From: Octopus sinensis
Lineage: Eukaryota
Reading direction: 5' to 3'
NCBI RefSeq assembly: GCF_006345805.1
Contig: NW_021824928.1
Location: 1 to 16,718, forward strand
Length of the DNA: 16,718 nucleotides
Every line of letters starts with the position of its first letter. The stretch's first letter is position 1. Of this stretch, positions 13,821 to 16,718 are shown piece by piece. The translations under genes were made by a program, and so were the position numbers. A model generated the notes under the pieces. That model ran no database searches. It saw only the letters and a list, made by a program, of their open reading frames with translations, and was not told where the DNA came from.

Positions 13821-14890
13821 CCAGATATTGTACGATGGGTTGGTGCCTTCCTCTCAGATCGCACCTTCCAAGTCCAAGTTAATGTTTCGCGGTCCGACGT
13901 CTCCAGTGCGAGCAGTGGCGTGCCTCAAGGTTCAGTGCTTGGGCCCTTATTGTTCTTAGTCTTCATAAATGACTTGCCCGACGACCTCACGCAACACACC
14001 CTTCTATTTGCCGACGATGTCAAACTGGTCGCTCCTCGCGGTGATATAGAGGATCTTCGTCGATGCCTCCACCAAATTTGGAGGTGGTCTAACGAATGGG
14101 ACCTGTGTCTGAACGTGTCAAAGTGCTGTCATCTGCCTGTTGGCTCTCCTCCTGCAACTCAACTTGATTTCTAGCCGGGTCGTCTGCTGCTGGAGAGGAC
14201 CGATGAGGTAAAGGACCTGGGTATCTTGGTGGATTCCTCCTTTTCGCCTTCGGCCCAGTGCATCCATGCTGCCAACAAAGCACGCGGAATTCTGTTCTTG
14301 ATTTGACAGTCATTCGGAATGCTCACAGCAGCCATATTCCTACCACTCTATGTCACGCTGGTGAGACCCATATTGGAGTACGGGATTCAAGCCTCTTCTC
14401 CTTATCTCCTCAAAGACATACAGCATCTTGAAAGAGTCCAGAGGCTGGCTACTCGCATGGTTCATGGTCTCAAAAATTTGTCTTATGAAGAAAGGCTGAG
14501 GACGCTCGACCTTTATTCTCTAGAAAAACGCCGCCGTCGTGGTGATCTCATTCTCGCTCACAACATCATAAGCGGAAAGTGTAACCTCTCAAAAGAGCTG
14601 TTCTTCACTCCTGCTCCAGAGCGTCGGCTGCGGGGTCATTCCAAAAAGCTCTACCTGCGACGATTTCATCTCAATCGAAGGAGAGGAGATTTCTCCGTCC
14701 GGGTTGCGGATCCATGGAACAAGCTGCCAGACGAGATGGTGAAGATGCCGACGACCGCTTTGTTCAAAGTCTCCCTTGACCTCAAGTGGCCTGAACTCTT
14801 TACATGAACACCACCCTGTACTTAACTCCATGTCCCCCTACATGGCCTTGCTATTTGCTTTTGAGCCAAAAATTAACTAACTAACTAACT
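13821..14890 (+). mobile_element. 5'-truncated CR1/L2-type non-LTR retrotransposon: RT C-terminal half, 3' UTR and (TAAC)n tail
   Basis: GVPQGSVLGPLLFLVFINDLP, LLFADDVKL, KDLGILVDS, LYVTLVRPILEY, LERVQRLATRMV and LRGHSKKL all lie in one frame, with two premature stops (14172-14174 and 14304-14306). End stop at 14805-14807, tail aactaactaactaact at ~14875-14890. Confidence 0.9.
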
Positions 14891-15118
14891 TCCCTTATTA
14901 ATAACACTTTTGTCTGATGCTAAAAGTAAAGTGGTAAATTTTTAAAAATGTGAATTGTAAGAAAAAATCCAAATAACAAATGATACAAAGCTAGAAGCTG
15001 ACATTTTTATTGCTACTTTTACGTCCTCCGCGTACCGAACCACAATGTCAAAGAAAGCAACACGACTTGTCAGATAGTGGTGGGTGTGGGGCACAGACAC
15101 GTGTGTATTACTCCCATC

Positions 15119-15523
15119 GGATCTTTTCCGTTTGAACGGCAGTTTTTTCTCGCAGTATCATATGAAATTGTCACCCATAATTATGACCCTAGTATCGATC
15201 TATTGCATTTCAATCTGTTTTAGGGTTAGGGGTGGGGGGAAGGGTATATTTTTTTCTTCACAAATGTAAATAAGCCCAATCTGTTTCTTAAACGAGGGAC
15301 ATATTCAAACGGCACAGAATGTTTTCACCTCAATAGACGTCATTGATTAGTTGAAATTGCAGAAATAAAAAAACAACAAATATCTTACAAACTATAGAAT
15401 TTTCTCAATAAAGCAAAGAGAAAAAGATGTTTTATAAACACATTCTACCAGTATACGAAGTTTAAAAGTGCTTAGTTACGTGGAAATTATTTTAAAAAAC
15501 TGCCGGTCAAACAGAAAAGATCC
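15119..15523. mobile_element. Internally deleted foldback element: short left terminus plus one full arm
   Basis: ggatcttttccgtttgaacggcag at the left. The remainder is the reverse complement of the 4634-5000 arm, ending cagaaaagatcc. Confidence 0.8.
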
Positions 15524-15757
15524 ATGTTCTGCAGCAAAAGAGTCGGATGGTATAGCTACTAGATTTAAAATGTTTTGGTATAGTCTTTCTTATTCGCAAA
15601 ATGATCCCTCCCCATCATTAATTTTGCTTAGATCGTTGTCAATTTTGGTTTATCGATGCAACATTGAAGTCTGATTACGATCAACCCATTACTTTCTCTC
15701 GTAAATTAAAGAATCTGATGTAATTTGGCATTAAAGTTAGGAAATTTGGGTAGTTTT

Positions 15758-15805
15758 AGCCAATCAATAGACAGCGTGGCATTAACAGCTTGTTGCCATG
15801 ACAAC
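15758..15805. promoter_or_regulatory. Candidate CCAAT box plus RFX X-box-like palindrome
   Basis: AGCCAATCA at 15758-15766 and GTTGCCATGACAAC at 15792-15805, one mismatch from the palindrome GTTGCCATGGCAAC. Motif match only. Confidence 0.35.
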
Positions 15806-15968
15806 ATCACGCTGCTTTGTAATTCACTGTTGTCTCTGTTGATTTTTCACACTTGATTCTTCACCTTCGTGTTTTGTTTTAATCTTTCTGTTAGTTAGTA
15901 TTTTAAATACTAAGTTGGCCTCCGACTTGGTTGGCTGTTTATATCGCCTGTCTATATCGAGCGCAAAC

Positions 15969-16486
15969 GGATCTTTTCCTTTTGAACGGCAGTTTTCAAC
16001 ACAATTTCTAGTTAACTAAACACTTTTAAGCTTCGTATACTGGTAGAAGGTGTTTATAAAACATCATTTTTTCTTGGCTTCATTGAGAAAATTCTATAGT
16101 TTGTAACACATTTCCACTTTAAAATCGAGCATTTCGGCAATTTTAACCAATTAAATATGTCCATTTGGAGTCAAAACATACCGTGCTGTATGAATATGTC
16201 CCTTGTTTAAGAAACAGATTGAGTTTGTTTACATTTGCGAAAAAAAAAAGATACGCTTCCCCAACCCCTAACTCTAACTAAACCTAACCCTAAAATAGAT
16301 TGAAATGCAAAGATCGATACTAGGGTTATAATTATGGGTGACATTTTCATTTGACACCGTTAGAAAAAAATCCCATTTTCTGTAAAAATGATGTTTTATA
16401 AACACATTCTACCAGTAGACGAAGTTTAAAAGTGTTTAGTTAACTAGACATTGTGTTGACATCTGCCGTTCAAAAGGAAAAGATCC
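15969..16486. mobile_element. Foldback element with a full left arm, a deleted right arm and an 8-bp target-site duplication (hAT-like)
   Basis: gcgcaaac|GGATCTTTTCCTTTTGAACGGCAG ... CTGCCGTTCAAAAGGAAAAGATCC|acgcaaac. The 24-bp terminal inverted repeats are perfect and the flanks match at 7 of 8 bases. Confidence 0.85.
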
Positions 16487-16718
16487 ACGCAAACTTGTAC
16501 GAAGTACAGACGTCTGCGTGTTAATATACATCTCAGGAAAAACAGCCTTCTCATATTCAATAAGATTGGTGGCACCCTGGTAGTACATATCATTGTGGAA
16601 AACGTAAAACCACCCATAATTGTTATATATATATTAATTACCAGAGTGACCCACGACTTGACTGGTTACAGACGCTGAGTACTATTTACGAAAAGTGGCC
16701 CGCTGCGCGCCATCGCGC
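16487..16718 (+). repeat. Second copy of the 5423-5655 segment, running to the window edge
   Basis: Near-identical to 5423-5655. Confidence 0.9.

Overview
AT-rich, repeat-dense eukaryotic DNA. The C2H2 zinc-finger style and the SINE-like repeats resemble an octopus/coleoid cephalopod genome; this is my pattern recognition, not a database result. The window holds two convergent, inverted paralogous C2H2 zinc-finger genes. The + copy (1266-1881) is short and decaying, with 4 intact fingers before a frameshift. The - copy (10866-6891) is a large array of about 47 finger-length repeats. It grew by 336-bp four-finger tandem units plus a ~1.6-kb higher-order duplication. Seven units carry the same in-frame TAA, each followed 15 nt later by an in-frame ATG. 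Around the genes are a family of long foldback (palindromic) DNA elements, one with a near-perfect 8-bp target-site duplication, and a Ty3/Gypsy LTR+PBS+gag remnant. There is also a Helitron remnant, a CR1/L2-type LINE 3' fragment, several SINE-like repeats, and a ~230-bp segment repeated 11,064 bp apart next to promoter-like motifs. Most other short ORFs in the track are alternate-frame or antisense shadows of these features.
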